DNA of 64,000 nucleotides from the human T2T-CHM13v2.0 reference genome, Homo sapiens, in assembly GCF_009914755.1 (NCBI RefSeq), contig NC_060941.1, one strand, 5' to 3'. Both the position numbers and the translations under genes were made by a program. Below the pieces are notes generated by a model, which worked only from the letters and a program-made list of their open reading frames with translations, was not told where the DNA came from and ran no database searches. This document shows, in pieces, positions 1-17,639 of the stretch (positions are counted from its first letter, which is position 1; the number at the start of each line of letters is the position of its first letter).

Positions 1-109
1 ATTAATGTTTTTCCTCAGTGTTATCGCTGAAATTAAAGAACTTGAATATACTGTTGAATATAGAATGGTGAGAAGAGACAAGTAAAAAATATATATATTT
101 GAATATATT

Positions 110-488
110 TGATATGGTTTGGCTCCATGTCCCTACCCAAATCTCACCTTGAATTGTAGTTCCCATAATCCCCACAACGTCATGGGAGGGACCTAGTGGG
201 AGGTAATTTAATCATGGTGGCGGTTACCCTCATGCTGTTCTTGTGACCAGTGAGTGAATTCTCATGAGATCTGATGGTTTTATAAGGGGCTTTTCTTTCT
301 TTTGCTCAGTACTTCTCCTTCCTGCCATCACGTGAAGAAGGACGTGTTTGCTTCCCATCTGCCATGATTTTAAGTTCCCTGAGGCCTCCCCAGCACTGCA
401 GAACTATGAGTCAATTACACCTCTTTCCTTTATAAATTACCAAGTCTCCGGCATGTCTTTATTAGCAGCACAAGAACAGACTAATACA
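110..488 (+). mobile_element. Solo MaLR LTR, THE1-type
   Basis: Starts TGATATGGTTTGGCT, ends GACTAATACA; 5-bp TSD ATATT at 105-109 and 489-493; 379 bp. Confidence 0.85.
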
Positions 489-639
489 ATATTTGTCACT
501 AATTCCCAGGACTGAAAAAGTGAGGACTTCTAGGAAGTAAAATTCTAAATACACGTTTATTGTGTCATTAAGATAACTTGGAGAGTATTGACTTTGAAAG
601 GTTAGAACACAAATGCAGTCATTATGTAAAGCTAGATAG

Positions 640-1180
<541 letters not shown>

Positions 1181-1273
1181 GCATAAGAACTATGCAGAGA
1201 AATTTTAACTTTCCAAATGTGACAGCCACACCTGACCATCATTCTTACAATCAAGTGTCTGTGGTGTACCTAC

Positions 1274-1470
1274 TGCTATGGTTTGAATGTGTCCCCCAAA
1301 ATTTATATGTTAAAAACTCGATCCCCAATATGGAGGTGTTGGGAGGTAGAACCTTTAAGATGTGTTTAGGTCACGGGGGCACCACTCTCATGAATGGATT
1401 AGTGCTATTGTCATTATAAAGGAAGTAGGTCGTTATGGCAGGAGTGGGTTCCTTATAAAAGGATGTGTTT
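1274..1470 (+). mobile_element. MaLR (MST/MLT1A-type) LTR 5' fragment
   Basis: tgctatggtttgaatgtgtcccccaaaa...ctcatgaatggattagtgc. Confidence 0.65.
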
Positions 1471-1739
1471 GGGAGACGTTTGAGGTCTCTTTCCATCTCC
1501 TTATTCTGCAGCCCTATGATTAAACCTCTTTCTCTGCTGCAACCCAGTGTCTCACTATACTGACTTGCCACGTGGGATTACAATTTAGCAGTGATCCTAT
1601 GAAAAGATGCCCCTTGTGGGCATTTAACCATGGCTCAGTGCCCCCTTTGTGGCAGTCCAGGTTTCCATCAGCAGCCAGAACAATCTGGTTCCACTAACCC
1701 TTTACTATAATTTTGATGAATGCATATGTTAAACATTAA

Positions 1740-2108
<369 letters not shown>

Positions 2109-2360
2109 TTAAGACACCACCTGGCCTTTCTCAGGCCCTAAAGTCTGATCAAATAATAATAGCATTTTTACACATACACCTTGTACCAAGGACCACTTAA
2201 GAAACTTTCCAAGACTCTAGAGAAAGCTTTCCAGACCCTAGATCCTAGTTAAAGATTAGATATAGATTGAATGAAACACTCCACCTTGTAGGTGCACTCC
2301 CGCTTATAGGCATGGACCTTGAATGTATAGAAGCTTTGGAAAAAAAAAAACAACTTGTAA

Positions 2361-2747
<387 letters not shown>

Positions 2748-3035
2748 TGACATTTCGGCACCCCAAAATGTGCTGGGATTATAGGCGTGAGTCACCGCGC
2801 CTGGCCAAAACTTTTAACTTTTTTAGTTGGTCTGCTGAGTTACTCCAACCTTCTCCCTGTAACCAGTTGCAGAAATAAACTCCCTTCTTTTTTTTTTTTT
2901 TTTTTCCTGAGACAGAGTCTTGCTCTGTTGCCCAGGCTGAAGTGCAGTGGTGAGAATGGCTGAAGTGCAGCCATTCTCCTGCCTCCGCTTCCTGGGTAGC
3001 TGGGATTACAGGCGCCTGCCACCACATCCAGCTAA

Positions 3036-3274
<239 letters not shown>

Positions 3275-4010
3275 TGATGCACCCGCCTCTGCCTCCCAAA
3301 GTGCTGGGATTACAGGCAGAAGCCACCGCACCCGGCGACTAATGTTTGTATTTTTAGTAGAGATGGGGTTTCATAATGTTGGCCAAGCTGGTCTCAAACT
3401 CCTGACCTCAGGTGATCCGCCTGCCTTGGCCTCCCAAAGTGCTGGGATTACAGAAGTGAGCCACCGCACCTGGCCAATAAACTCCCTTCTTTCCCAGTCT
3501 GGATCTCATTATTGGACTGTGAGAACAAAAAGCTGGACCTCATTCTGTCCTGGAACAGAATGTCAGAACCCTGACATTTCGGCACCCCGAGACGAGCCCT
3601 CCTTTAAGCCAGGGGCCATGTCTGGCACCTCCCTTGTAGGCAGGGGCATTGCCAACCTTAGGCGCATAAGCTGGCTTGCAGCAGAGAAATGGTTTCTGAT
3701 TCCGGAAGATGTCTCTGATGATTATTCCCAAGCATAATCCATATTCCCTTTCCCTTCTCCTGATCTGTTGGCCTCCTCAGAGGCCCTGTAAACTCTTTGA
3801 GGGTCCTGTTAAAGGGCACTGTTTTGGGGAAGTACTCCTGGGCCCTTTGGGTCTCAGTTCAGAAACCTGGTTTTGGTTGGGCGCGATGGCTCACACCTGT
3901 AATCCTAGCACTTTGAGAGGCCGAAGTGGGTGGATCATCTGAGGTCACGAGTTTGAGACCAGCCTGGGCAACACGGCGAAATGCTGTCTCTACAAAAAGT
4001 ACGAAAATTA

Positions 4011-4389
<379 letters not shown>

Positions 4390-4503
4390 TCATGAGGTCG
4401 GGAGTTCGAGACCAGCCTGACCAACATGGTGAAACCCCATCTCTACTAAAACTACAAAAATTAGCCATGTGTGGTGGTGGGCACCTGTAATCCCAGCTAC
4501 TCA

Positions 4504-4605
<102 letters not shown>

Positions 4606-4672
4606 TCAAAAAAAAAAAAAAGAAAAAAATTGGCCAGGCGTGGTGGCAAGCACCTGTAGTCCCAGCTACTCA

Positions 4673-5286
<614 letters not shown>

Positions 5287-5358
5287 TGAGGGGAATAACT
5301 GGTGTTTGTGTCTTTGTCATGTGTATATTATAATTTTGTCTGGGCAATACGGGAAATG

Positions 5359-5391
<33 letters not shown>

Positions 5392-5478
5392 AGACAGAGT
5401 CTTGCTCTGTCACCCAAGTTAGAGTGCAGTTGTGGAATCTCGGCTCACTGCAGCCTCTGCCTCCGGGGTTCAAACAAT

Positions 5479-6162
5479 TGAAACAGCCTTTGCAAAATTA
5501 TGACTGAGACAGTGAAAGAGATCTAACTTAACTTACTCCATCTTGCTTCTAACTTCCAAGCTGTCCTTGTTCATTCCCGGGTGTAGGCTGAACTAACTTT
5601 GGGAGAAACTTAGTTTATAATTTAAACAAAGATGGTAACAGCCTTTTCCCAAAGCAGACTTCCTTCTTGTCTGGGGACTAGATTGCCTTTGTAGGACTAA
5701 CATTAGCCACAAGATTAGAAATTATGGTTTAGGAGTCATGCAGCTGGATGCTACAAGATTCTGACCCTTCCTAAACTGCTCCTAAGATCAGTGCTTGACA
5801 TATTTTGCAGACCTTGCACTTGATAGATCAGCTGGCACCACCCAGATCAATAAACTGGCTCATCTGATCTTGTGGTCCCCACCCAGGAACTGACTCAGCA
5901 CAAGAAGACAGCTTTGACTCCCTGTGATTTCTTCCCTGACCAATTAGCACTCCTGGCTCACTGGCTTCCCTTTACTCACCAAGTTATCCTTAACAACTCA
6001 GTTCCTCGAATGCTCCACGAGACTGATTTGAGTAACAATAAAACTCCGGTCTCCTGCACAGCTGGCTCTGCGTGAATTACTCTTTCTCTATTGCAATTCC
6101 CCTGTCTTGATGAATTGGCTCTGTCTAGGCAGCAGGCAAGGTGAACCCCTTGGGTGGTTACA
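5479..6162 (+). mobile_element. Solo ERV1 LTR (LTR8-like) inserted inside an Alu
   Basis: TGAAACAGCCTTTGCAAAATTATGACTGAGAC...GGGTGGTTACA, 684 bp; Alu sequence resumes on both sides; imperfect 4-bp TSD CAAT/CTAT. Confidence 0.8.
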
Positions 6163-6269
6163 CTATTCTCATGCCTCAGCCTCCCAAGTAGCTGGGATTA
6201 CAGGCATGCACCACCTGTACCAGTGTGTACCACCTGTGCACCGGCTTTTTTTTTTTTTTTTTTTTTTGA

Positions 6270-6585
<316 letters not shown>

Positions 6586-6979
6586 TAAATTTATCTGCAC
6601 AGAAAAACTGAACTACAAGGGATGAGGTACTTAACTTCCCACCTGAAGACCCAGGAATTTTTTTTTTTTACTTTTCTTCATTGAGATAGGGTCTCTATCG
6701 CTCAGACAGGAGTGCAGTGGCACAATATTGGCTCATTAAGTCTCCATCTGGGATCAAATGATTTTCCCACCTCAGTCTCCCGAGTAGCTAGCACAGGTGC
6801 GTACCACATCAGTCTGGCTTATTTTTCCACCCTTCCTAGAAACGGTATAAAATACTTAGCGAGCATCTAATTAAAACAGACCGTAACCTAAGAAGACGTA
6901 AGGTCATAACCACAACTCCAAAACCAAACGCGCGCCACTACAACAACTCTGAAAATAAACACACGCAACAACACACAAG

Positions 6980-6992
6980 CCGTCTTTTAAAC
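6980..6992 (-). terminator. snRNA 3' box of U1-like gene A
   Basis: GTTTAAAAGACGG, 16 nt downstream of the predicted 3' end; resembles the GTTT-N-AAA-RNNAGA consensus. Confidence 0.6.
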
Positions 6993-7008
6993 TAGTTCAA
7001 TCACAGGA

Positions 7009-7163
7009 CAGAAAAGCGCAAAAGCAGTCCCCCACTACCACAAGTTATGCAGCCGAGTTTTCTCATTCGGGGAAATCGCGGGAGCAAACACATAGTAAAA
7101 ACCCTCCCCCAAGAAAAACACTTTATCAGGACCAACAGCGTCTCTCCCCCGCCACAAAGACAT
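7009..7163 (-). ncRNA. U1-like variant snRNA gene A (highly diverged 5' half)
   Basis: 3' half aligns with U1 (CGATTTCCCCGAATGAGAAAACTCGGCTGCATAACTTGTGGTAGTGGGGGACTGC); 5' end ATGTCTTTGTGGCGGGGGAGA; PSE, DSE and 3' box at canonical spacing; CpGs retained. Confidence 0.85.
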
Positions 7164-7205
7164 TATTTACTTAATATTGCTAATACCTTACCATCGTCCT
7201 CAACA

Positions 7206-7224
7206 CACAACATACTCATGGCAA
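7206..7224 (-). promoter_or_regulatory. PSE of U1-like gene A
   Basis: TTGCCATGAGTATGTTGTG starting at -61, the same offset as the PSEs of genes B and D. Confidence 0.65.
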
Positions 7225-7350
7225 ATTGTATTATGAGTTGTTTTTAGGCATCGCTTCGAAACTACCGCTTCTTCGTATGACACATCTCAGACTACACCTT
7301 CTTTGGTATTCGCTAGAAAATTTCTCCCGCGAAGAACGCACTAGAACCGG

Positions 7351-7400
7351 CAATCACTGCGCCCCTATCTACATATGCCCGCCTCTTATAGTAACGTCAC
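7351..7400 (-). promoter_or_regulatory. DSE of U1-like gene A (octamer, GC box, CRE-like site)
   Basis: ATGTAGAT at 7367-7374 (the octamer variant of human U1 genes), adjacent GGCGGG and GTGACGTTAC. Confidence 0.75.
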
Positions 7401-7500
7401 CACCTGCTTCTGTACGATCTGACTGAACTCCCTTACGGATCGGTTCGCTCTAGCTGCCGCTCCCAAGGATTCAAAAGAAATCGCATTGTGTGATAAGAAA

Positions 7501-8434
<934 letters not shown>

Positions 8435-9457
8435 TTAGCCCATGTTCTGTCGGTTGCCGTAGCCCCTAGGGTGGGTGTCCTTCCAGTCATCCCACTCTCG
8501 AGCTCTTTGGAGTGTTTGTTCATCATCCTCTTCCTCCTTTTCTTGATCTTCCTGTTGCTGAGTGGCTTTTCTGAATTCTTCTGGTGTTGCCTTGGCTATT
8601 CCCTGATCTGGTAACACTCCATGTTTCTGATGTTGATCATACCAGTCACTCACTGTCATGGAAGCCAGACTTGGATAGCCAGCGCCAAATACTTTGGCTT
8701 GCGCCATGTTCCGAGTGAGAATGAAGGGTTTCATTGGAGGCCTCTTCTGGTGACATGAGTTAGAAGTGGATGCCTCTCTTGAAGAGTCTTTCTCTCCCAG
8801 GATCTTTATTTCCTGATCAATGCTCTCAATCTCTTCTAAGCTGATATCAATCCACCTCTGAAGGTGAAGAAGATAATATTCACGAACACGCTCATTATCT
8901 GCTTGACCACTTTCCACAGCAGATTTCATTGTAGACAACTTATGCTCCAACACCTTCTTCTGCTTGTATCGCTCTATTTTAGCCTGTCTTTGAGATGCCA
9001 TAGCAACGAGGCTAGGATAAGCCGTGGAGGTAATAGCACCGTGATTTTCAGCTGAGTTGGTCTTGGTTTGGGGCAGCTCAAACTCGGCCACACGATAGTA
9101 ATGGCACTGAGTTAAGTATTTTATAAAGTGTTCGCGAGCCTGCTGCAAATGATCTAGACGCTTACGGGGGTTGACTTGTTTCATGGTGAGGGCTCCTTGA
9201 AACGCTGGCACCATCAGGTACTTCAGGTCGGTGGAAGTAATCTCCTCCAAATCTTCATTTCGGCTGAACAAGTCAAGCTGCGATAACATTTTGGCAACCT
9301 TGTCAAGGAGGTCGAGGCCCTTGAACACCTTTTCCTGGACTATTCGGGAACCGGTGGGTTCAGTCGCTCCTTCGACTTCGTCCAGAAGCTGTTTGCTGGA
9401 ATCGAACAGCTCGGGGAGCCGCGGCGGCGGCAGGAACTCGTCTTCAGCAGCTGCCAT
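8435..9457 (-). CDS. IGBP1C: IGBP1/alpha4 (TAP42-family PP2A regulator) retrogene, intronless, 340 aa
   Basis: Uninterrupted [12 protein letters not shown]...[20 protein letters not shown]; good Kozak (AAGATGG); TAP42 motifs [20 protein letters not shown] retained; no introns. Confidence 0.9.
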   Translation of the reverse strand: MAAAEDEFLPPPRLPELFDSSKQLLDEVEGATEPTGSRIVQEKVFKGLDLLDKVAKMLSQLDLFSRNEDLEEITSTDLKYLMVPAFQGALTMKQVNPRKRLDHLQQAREHFIKYLTQCHYYRVAEFELPQTKTNSAENHGAITSTAYPSLVAMASQRQAKIERYKQKKVLEHKLSTMKSAVESGQADNERVREYYLLHLQRWIDISLEEIESIDQEIKILGEKDSSREASTSNSCHQKRPPMKPFILTRNMAQAKVFGAGYPSLASMTVSDWYDQHQKHGVLPDQGIAKATPEEFRKATQQQEDQEKEEEDDEQTLQRAREWDDWKDTHPRGYGNRQNMG

Positions 9458-9479
9458 CTTGGGAAGGCTGATGCGAAAT

Positions 9480-9680
9480 GTTGATTCCTTTCCTTTCTGG
9501 ACACACGTAAAGATTCTGGCGTAGATTTCTAACAACCAGTCTGAATCGGGCGCTGCACGGCAGGGCAGTCAGGGAGGCGGTGGCGTTGGGGGCGGCATAG
9601 GGGAAGGCAACGGAGTCGGTTGTGCCGGGTCTGAATCGCTGCTCCACTCCGGGTCTTCGTCAAACTTTGTCTCTCTGTTT
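9480..9680 (-). promoter_or_regulatory. CpG/GC-rich leader of the retrogene with candidate 3' splice sites
   Basis: High CpG density, GGGCGG-type boxes; CTGAC-tgccctgccgtgCAG acceptor (AG at 9554-9553) and gtgtgtcCAG (AG at 9498-9497). Confidence 0.5.
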
Positions 9681-10271
9681 CCGTTTCCTAAAATTGTAAA
9701 GTGGGAATAATACTGCCTTCCTGGCTCACAAGATTTCTGTGAGGACTGAATAAGAGAATGCATGTAAAAATGCAGCTACCCCCAACCCAGGCTATTCTGC
9801 CCCTCGACTGCTGCCCCCTGTACTTTGGGACCCCCAAAGTGACTTTGCCAAGATTCAAGTATCTGCAGTTCCTGCCACACAGGGAAGTAGCATCAGGCCC
9901 GGATTTGGTAACAAACCGAGTGTTCCTGTATGTCTATATCTGTGTATGTATGATGTAAAAAGTACTGGGATTACAGGCGTGAGCCACCACGCCTGGCCTA
10001 AAACTCAGTTTTCAAAAATTACTGAGTGGCCAGGCGCGGTGGCTCACTCCTGTAATCCCCCACTTTGGGAGGCCGAGGTGGGCGGACTAGGAGGTCAGGA
10101 GACCGAGACCATCCTGGCTAACACGGTGAAACCCCATCTCTACTAGAAATACAAAAAATTAGCTGGGCGTGGTGGCGGGTGCCTGTAATCCCAGCTACTC
10201 AGGAGGCTGAGGCAGGAGAATTGCTTGTACATAATACATATTATGTGTGTACAGATATATAGCACACATAT

Positions 10272-10273
<2 letters not shown>

Positions 10274-10311
<38 letters not shown>
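10274..10311 (+). repeat. (CA)n microsatellite
   Basis: ~19 CA units. Confidence 0.95.
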
Positions 10312-10314
<3 letters not shown>

Positions 10315-10362
10315 TCAAACCAACTACATGACCAAATTATGACTAAATCAAAGACCCCAAAT

Positions 10363-10492
10363 AAGTTGAGATGGAGAAACACAGCCCCTCAGTACAGAAT
10401 GTTATTTGGAGAGTTCCCTTACGTGTGGGGAAGGGCAGCAACAGGCACAACTATTAATCTCAGATCATGGCTGTTCCTGCCAACTCAGGTGT
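10363..10492 (-). pseudogene. Highly degenerate U1-like relic E (Sm site lost, stem-loop II region shortened)
   Basis: Patchy alignment to reverse-complemented U1: aacacagcccctcagtac, gagttcccttacgtgtggggaa, gatcatgg...cctgcca; RNU1-promoter-like GGCAAAGTGA at about -63. Confidence 0.45.
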
Positions 10493-10758
10493 GCTGTCCT
10501 AAGACATGCCCCTCAGTTTGTGAGTCTCACCTCATCTCTGAATTTCCAACCATCACTTTGCCTCATGGGAGTCAAGGAAGGAAGGGTTGATGCTCAGAAA
10601 TATGAGAGTGACATATATACTCAATAATTTTTAAAAGCTGAGTTTTGTTACATAAGTTCACAAAGCAGTTGTGACTGTTAAAATGTCATTAATGTGACCG
10701 GGCGCGGTGGCTCACGCTTGTAATCCCAGCACTTTGGAAGGCTGAGACGGGTGGATCA

Positions 10759-11396
<638 letters not shown>

Positions 11397-13000
11397 TCAC
11401 GGCAACCTCCATCTCTTGGGTTCAAGCAATTCTCCTGCCTCAGCTTCCTGAGTAACTGGGACTACAGGGATGCACCACCACGCCTGGCTAATTTTTTGTG
11501 TTTTTGGTAGAGATGGGGTTTCACCATGTTGGCCAGGCTGGTCTTGAACTCCTGACCTCAGGTGATCTGCCTGCCTTGACCTCCCGAAGTGCTGGGATTA
11601 CAGGCATGAGCCAATGTGCCAGGCCACTAAATGTCTTACTCAACACCCTGAGTTGTGGGGAGCCAAATCCATTCACTCCTGAAACACACTGGCCCTGAAG
11701 CTGCATTTCTCAGCCACAAAGCTCTGCAATAAAAACCATACTAACTCTATTTAGGCCAGGGGCAGTGGCTCATGCCTGCAATCCCATCACTTTGGGAGGC
11801 CGAGGTGCTGATATCACCTGAGTTTGGGAAGGTGGAGGCTGTGTTGTGCCACTGCACTCCAGCCTAGTGAGAGTGAGACCCTGTCTTAACCGCTCCCCCA
11901 GCAACAACAAAAAAACAACAGCAAAAACCCAACTCCACACTATTTAGTACAATTGCTGATTTAGGACAATTGCTGGATTACCTTCATCCACAAAGTGTGA
12001 CCCAGCCCACCTCGGTTATACTATATAATCTCATTATTGAACTACCTTCCTAATTTTATTCCAGAAGGTTTGATTTCACATGAGGAAAGTAATACTTTGG
12101 CTTTCAATGGTATCCATGAATGCCAGGCTGACCACAGCTCTGAGGCCTCTATGATTATTTGTGCCCCCTCATGGCTCTGATATCACAGGTACTAACAGAC
12201 CCTTTTTCCTATGCTGGGAGAACTCCATTTCTGATGACCACATTGTCTACTCCAGTATTTTTGCCATTCATATTCTTGAATTTCTTTGCTGCTAATGATG
12301 AAAAACACCTGTTCTCAAGTCATTACTTACATGTAGCACATACTTCTCATTTACTGACAGCCACTTAAATGTTCAAGGTCCAGTCCGCTGGCCTAGCCAC
12401 TGGGGATACTAAGAGGAATAATGCAGAGACTGAGTCTGCCTGCAATAAATAAGATCATAGTCTGTAGGGAAAACAGACTTGCCAGACCTATAAAAAGTTC
12501 AGCAGGGCCACATTACGATTTTGAAGGGCCCATACTTTTGCCTTTGTGTGCCTGCCTCCTCTGATAAAATATATACATTTCCATTAAAATATATGTTAAA
12601 AATGCTATCTTATGACTGCATTGATTAAAAGATGAATATATTATTATATATGACATTTTCTTCCACCTAAAAATTCATTTTTTTCTTCTGATTTTTAAAA
12701 GAAGTGCCCCTAGGCAGTGTGCCTGTGGTACGTAACAGATAAGGCCACCCTGGGTTCAGTGGCACTGAGTGGATCCCAGGCAGTTTGGAAGGGCTGAAGT
12801 ATAAGTTTTCCAGGTAGATGAAGAAGGGCAGGGCAGGGAAGTGCATTCCAGGAAGAGCAGGCATGTAAGTTTGTGGAAGTAATACAGCAAGGCTCTCTGG
12901 AAACTTTAAAATAAGGAAACAGATTAAGTTAGAGCACTGCTTGTCCAGTGGAATATGATGTGGGCAACATTCGACATATTCAGTTGAACATTTTTAGTAG

Positions 13001-13153
<153 letters not shown>

Positions 13154-13344
13154 TGAAATTAACTTTATTATCATGTTTTGCCTGGGTGCAATGACTCATG
13201 CCTGAAATCCCAGCACTTTGGGAGGCTGAGGCAGGATGGCTTGAGGCCAGCAGTTGAAGATCAGCCTGACCAACTTGCCTAAACCCTGCCTCTACTAAAA
13301 ATACAGTTAGCTTATTGTGGTCATGCGTGGCTGTAGTCCAGCTA

Positions 13345-13755
<411 letters not shown>

Positions 13756-14393
13756 CTAGCCACGCGTGGTGGCGGGTGCCTGTATTCCCAGCTCTACTCA
13801 GGAGGCTGAGGCAGGAGAATCGCTTCAACCTAGGAGGCGGAGGTTGCAGTGAGCCGAGATTGTGCCACTCAACTCCAGCCTGGGAGACGGCGAGACTCTG
13901 TCTCAAAAAAAAAAAAAAAAATTGGGTGCCATGGCTCACGCCTGTAATTCCAGCATTTTAGGAGGCTGAAGGTGTGGATCACTTGAGGACAAGAGTTCGA
14001 GACCAGCCTTGCCAACATGGTAAGACGCCATCTCTACTAAAAATGCAAAAATTAGCCAGGCATGGTGGTGCATGCCTGTAATGTAATCCCAGTTTCTAGG
14101 GAAGCTGAGACACGAGAATAGCTCGAACTCGGGAGGTGGAGGCTGCGGTGAGCCGAGATTGCTCCACTGCACTCCAGCCTGGAAAATAGAGCAAGACTGT
14201 GTCCCAAAAAAATAAATAAGGCAAAACCTAAAACAACCAAAGAAGGCTGAGCGCATGAATTCGGATGCCACTGCACTCCAGCCTAGATAAACAAAGTGAA
14301 ACAAACCTTCCACGGCAAAAAAAAAAAAAAAAAAAAAAAAAAAAGCAAAAGCTAATACACAACTAACAAAACTTGCATTTCAACTACCACAAC

Positions 14394-14554
14394 CAGCAGC
14401 AAGTGCGAACGCAATCTCCCGCTACCACAAATTATACACTGTAGTTACCCACATTTGGGGAAATCGTAGGGATCAGCACAAAGTGCAACGAATAAGCCAC
14501 ACACAGGGAAAAACCACCTCCATAATCACAGTATTTCTCCTGACAGGTAATTAT
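14394..14554 (-). ncRNA. U1-like variant snRNA gene B
   Basis: Full-length U1 alignment; 5' ATAATTACCTG (C4A); intact Sm site ATAATTTGTGG; SL4 GCGTTCGC retained; PSE and DSE present. Confidence 0.9.
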
Positions 14555-14596
14555 GAGGTACTTGCGTGACCCCAGCAATCCCCGGTGCCGCCCACA

Positions 14597-14615
14597 TCAT
14601 TGCAAGTGCGGGTAA
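14597..14615 (-). promoter_or_regulatory. PSE of U1-like gene B
   Basis: TTACCCGCACTTGCAATGA starting at -61. Confidence 0.75.
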
Positions 14616-14751
14616 CTCCTGAAATGACTCTAATTGGACTTTATCCACATATAGTGAACAAAATAAACAGATTTTTTATACTATATCTTGGTGTTGGTAA
14701 CAGAGTTGTGCAAATCCTTCCAAGGAACGCGTTTCCAAAATGCAGTCTTTA

Positions 14752-14783
14752 ATCTACATACTCCACCTCCCGGCGTGACGTCA
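14752..14783 (-). promoter_or_regulatory. DSE of U1-like gene B (octamer + perfect CRE)
   Basis: ATGTAGAT at 14752-14759; TGACGTCA at 14776-14783; CpG-rich flank to ~15050. Confidence 0.75.
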
Positions 14784-15441
14784 TGCATAGGCCTGGCTGG
14801 TCAGAGAGCGCAACTGCGTTCTCATCTCGGCCCGCTTCCAACCAGCAGTTCCTTCTCCTGCTCGCGTCAATGCAAGTGACGTCTGTCAGGCCATTTTCCT
14901 GACAAAAACGCACCACCTCACTACTTTTGGCGTAGCCTAAGGCCTTCGGATCTCCCTGTATGGAGAGTTTCCTTGAGCTAACAGACGTGAATGAACTTTT
15001 AGTCACGGGATACCCACGCTGTGAACCACCCCGGCATCATTTCCTCTTATTCCAAGAAGGGGAACAGGGCATGCTAGCAGGCTGTACTGCAGAGTGGAGG
15101 GTTTTGGAATCCAAGATCTGGACTGCAATATAGCGTTCACAATGCAAGACTTTCGATGAGCTTATGGCCTCAACTTGTTCCTCAGTTTGTAAAACCTGCA
15201 TTACTGTCCTTGGAGGAGTTTTTGTGAAGACTAAAACAAATACATTAACGAACAGCTTAAACCTTAAAGCATAATTATAACATGTGAGTCAGGCAACCCA
15301 ATAAAAACCCTAAAGCAAACCAAGAAATACTAACAGCTAACATCTACTGTTTACCATGCATCTGGACTTTATGGTTAATCCTCACAACGTTGAGGTAGGA
15401 AATGGAATCATCCCCATTTCATGGATAAAGAACCTGAGGCA

Positions 15442-16200
<759 letters not shown>

Positions 16201-16889
16201 AAAAAGTGCACCTCTCCCAGCTACCAAAGCCTCTTCTACTGATGTGCCTGGAGGAGCTGCAGTAACTATAAACCCCTGCAAATGTGGAGGAAGTAACTGG
16301 AGCCTGGGTCCAGTCATGACTGTCTACTGAATCATCTTAGCCAATGCCCACTGAAGGCTCAGGGTGCTCCCAGCACAGGGAGAAGAACTTCACACACCTT
16401 AACTCATTTAATCCACTCAACAATTCTACAGAGTACACAATATCTCCATTTTGCATATGAGAAAACTGAGGCCAAGGGAGGCTGAAATGTGCCCAAGTGG
16501 TAGAGAAGGAATTAAAATCCATGTAGTCATCCCCAGAGAGGACTTCTTTTTTTTATTTTTATGCACACACAGACAAGGGTGACATCTACAGAAAATAATC
16601 TGGATCACCCAGAAAGCATGTGGCATCCTAGGTGAACTGCTATGCGAGGTAACTGGCCCAAGGGCTCTAGTCACCCACCCTAACATCCTACCCAAAGGCC
16701 CTGAGGACTGGGGGGTCAATATATTACATCACACAGTTTGAGAAGCTGTAGGGTGGAGACATTCTGGCAAGTGAGTGTCATTTGTTCCGGGTATATATCA
16801 AATTAGAAAAAAAGGCTGAGAACCACTGTTCTAGGTAGGCATAAAAAATGGAACCTGGCAATTATCAACACTGTATGAATGGAGGATTA

Positions 16890-17271
<382 letters not shown>

Positions 17272-17639
17272 TCACCAGACGATGGCTAAAGAATGTAACA
17301 AGCCAGCTGCTGGGCGTGGTGGCTCACGCCTGTAATCCTGACACTTTCGGAGGCCGAGGTTAAGTGGATCATTTGAGGTCAGGAGTTCGAAACCAGCCTG
17401 ACCAAAATGGTGAAACCCCATGTCTACTAAAAATACAAAAATTAGCCAGGTGTGGTGGCGCATGCCTGTAATCCCAGCTACTCAGGAGGCTGAGGCAGGT
17501 GAATCACTTGAACCTGGGAGGCAGAGGTTGCAGGGAGCTGAGATCACGCCACTGCACTCTAGACTGGGCAACAGAGAGAGACTCCGTCTCAAAAAAAAAA
17601 AAAAAAAAAAAAAGCCAGCAACAGCTTGAGACTTCATTG

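Noticed and set aside
9458-9535. 26-aa N-terminal extension of the IGBP1 retrogene ORF
   Set aside because: Starts at a non-ATG codon outside the retrocopied segment; the homologous ATG with good Kozak context is at 9457
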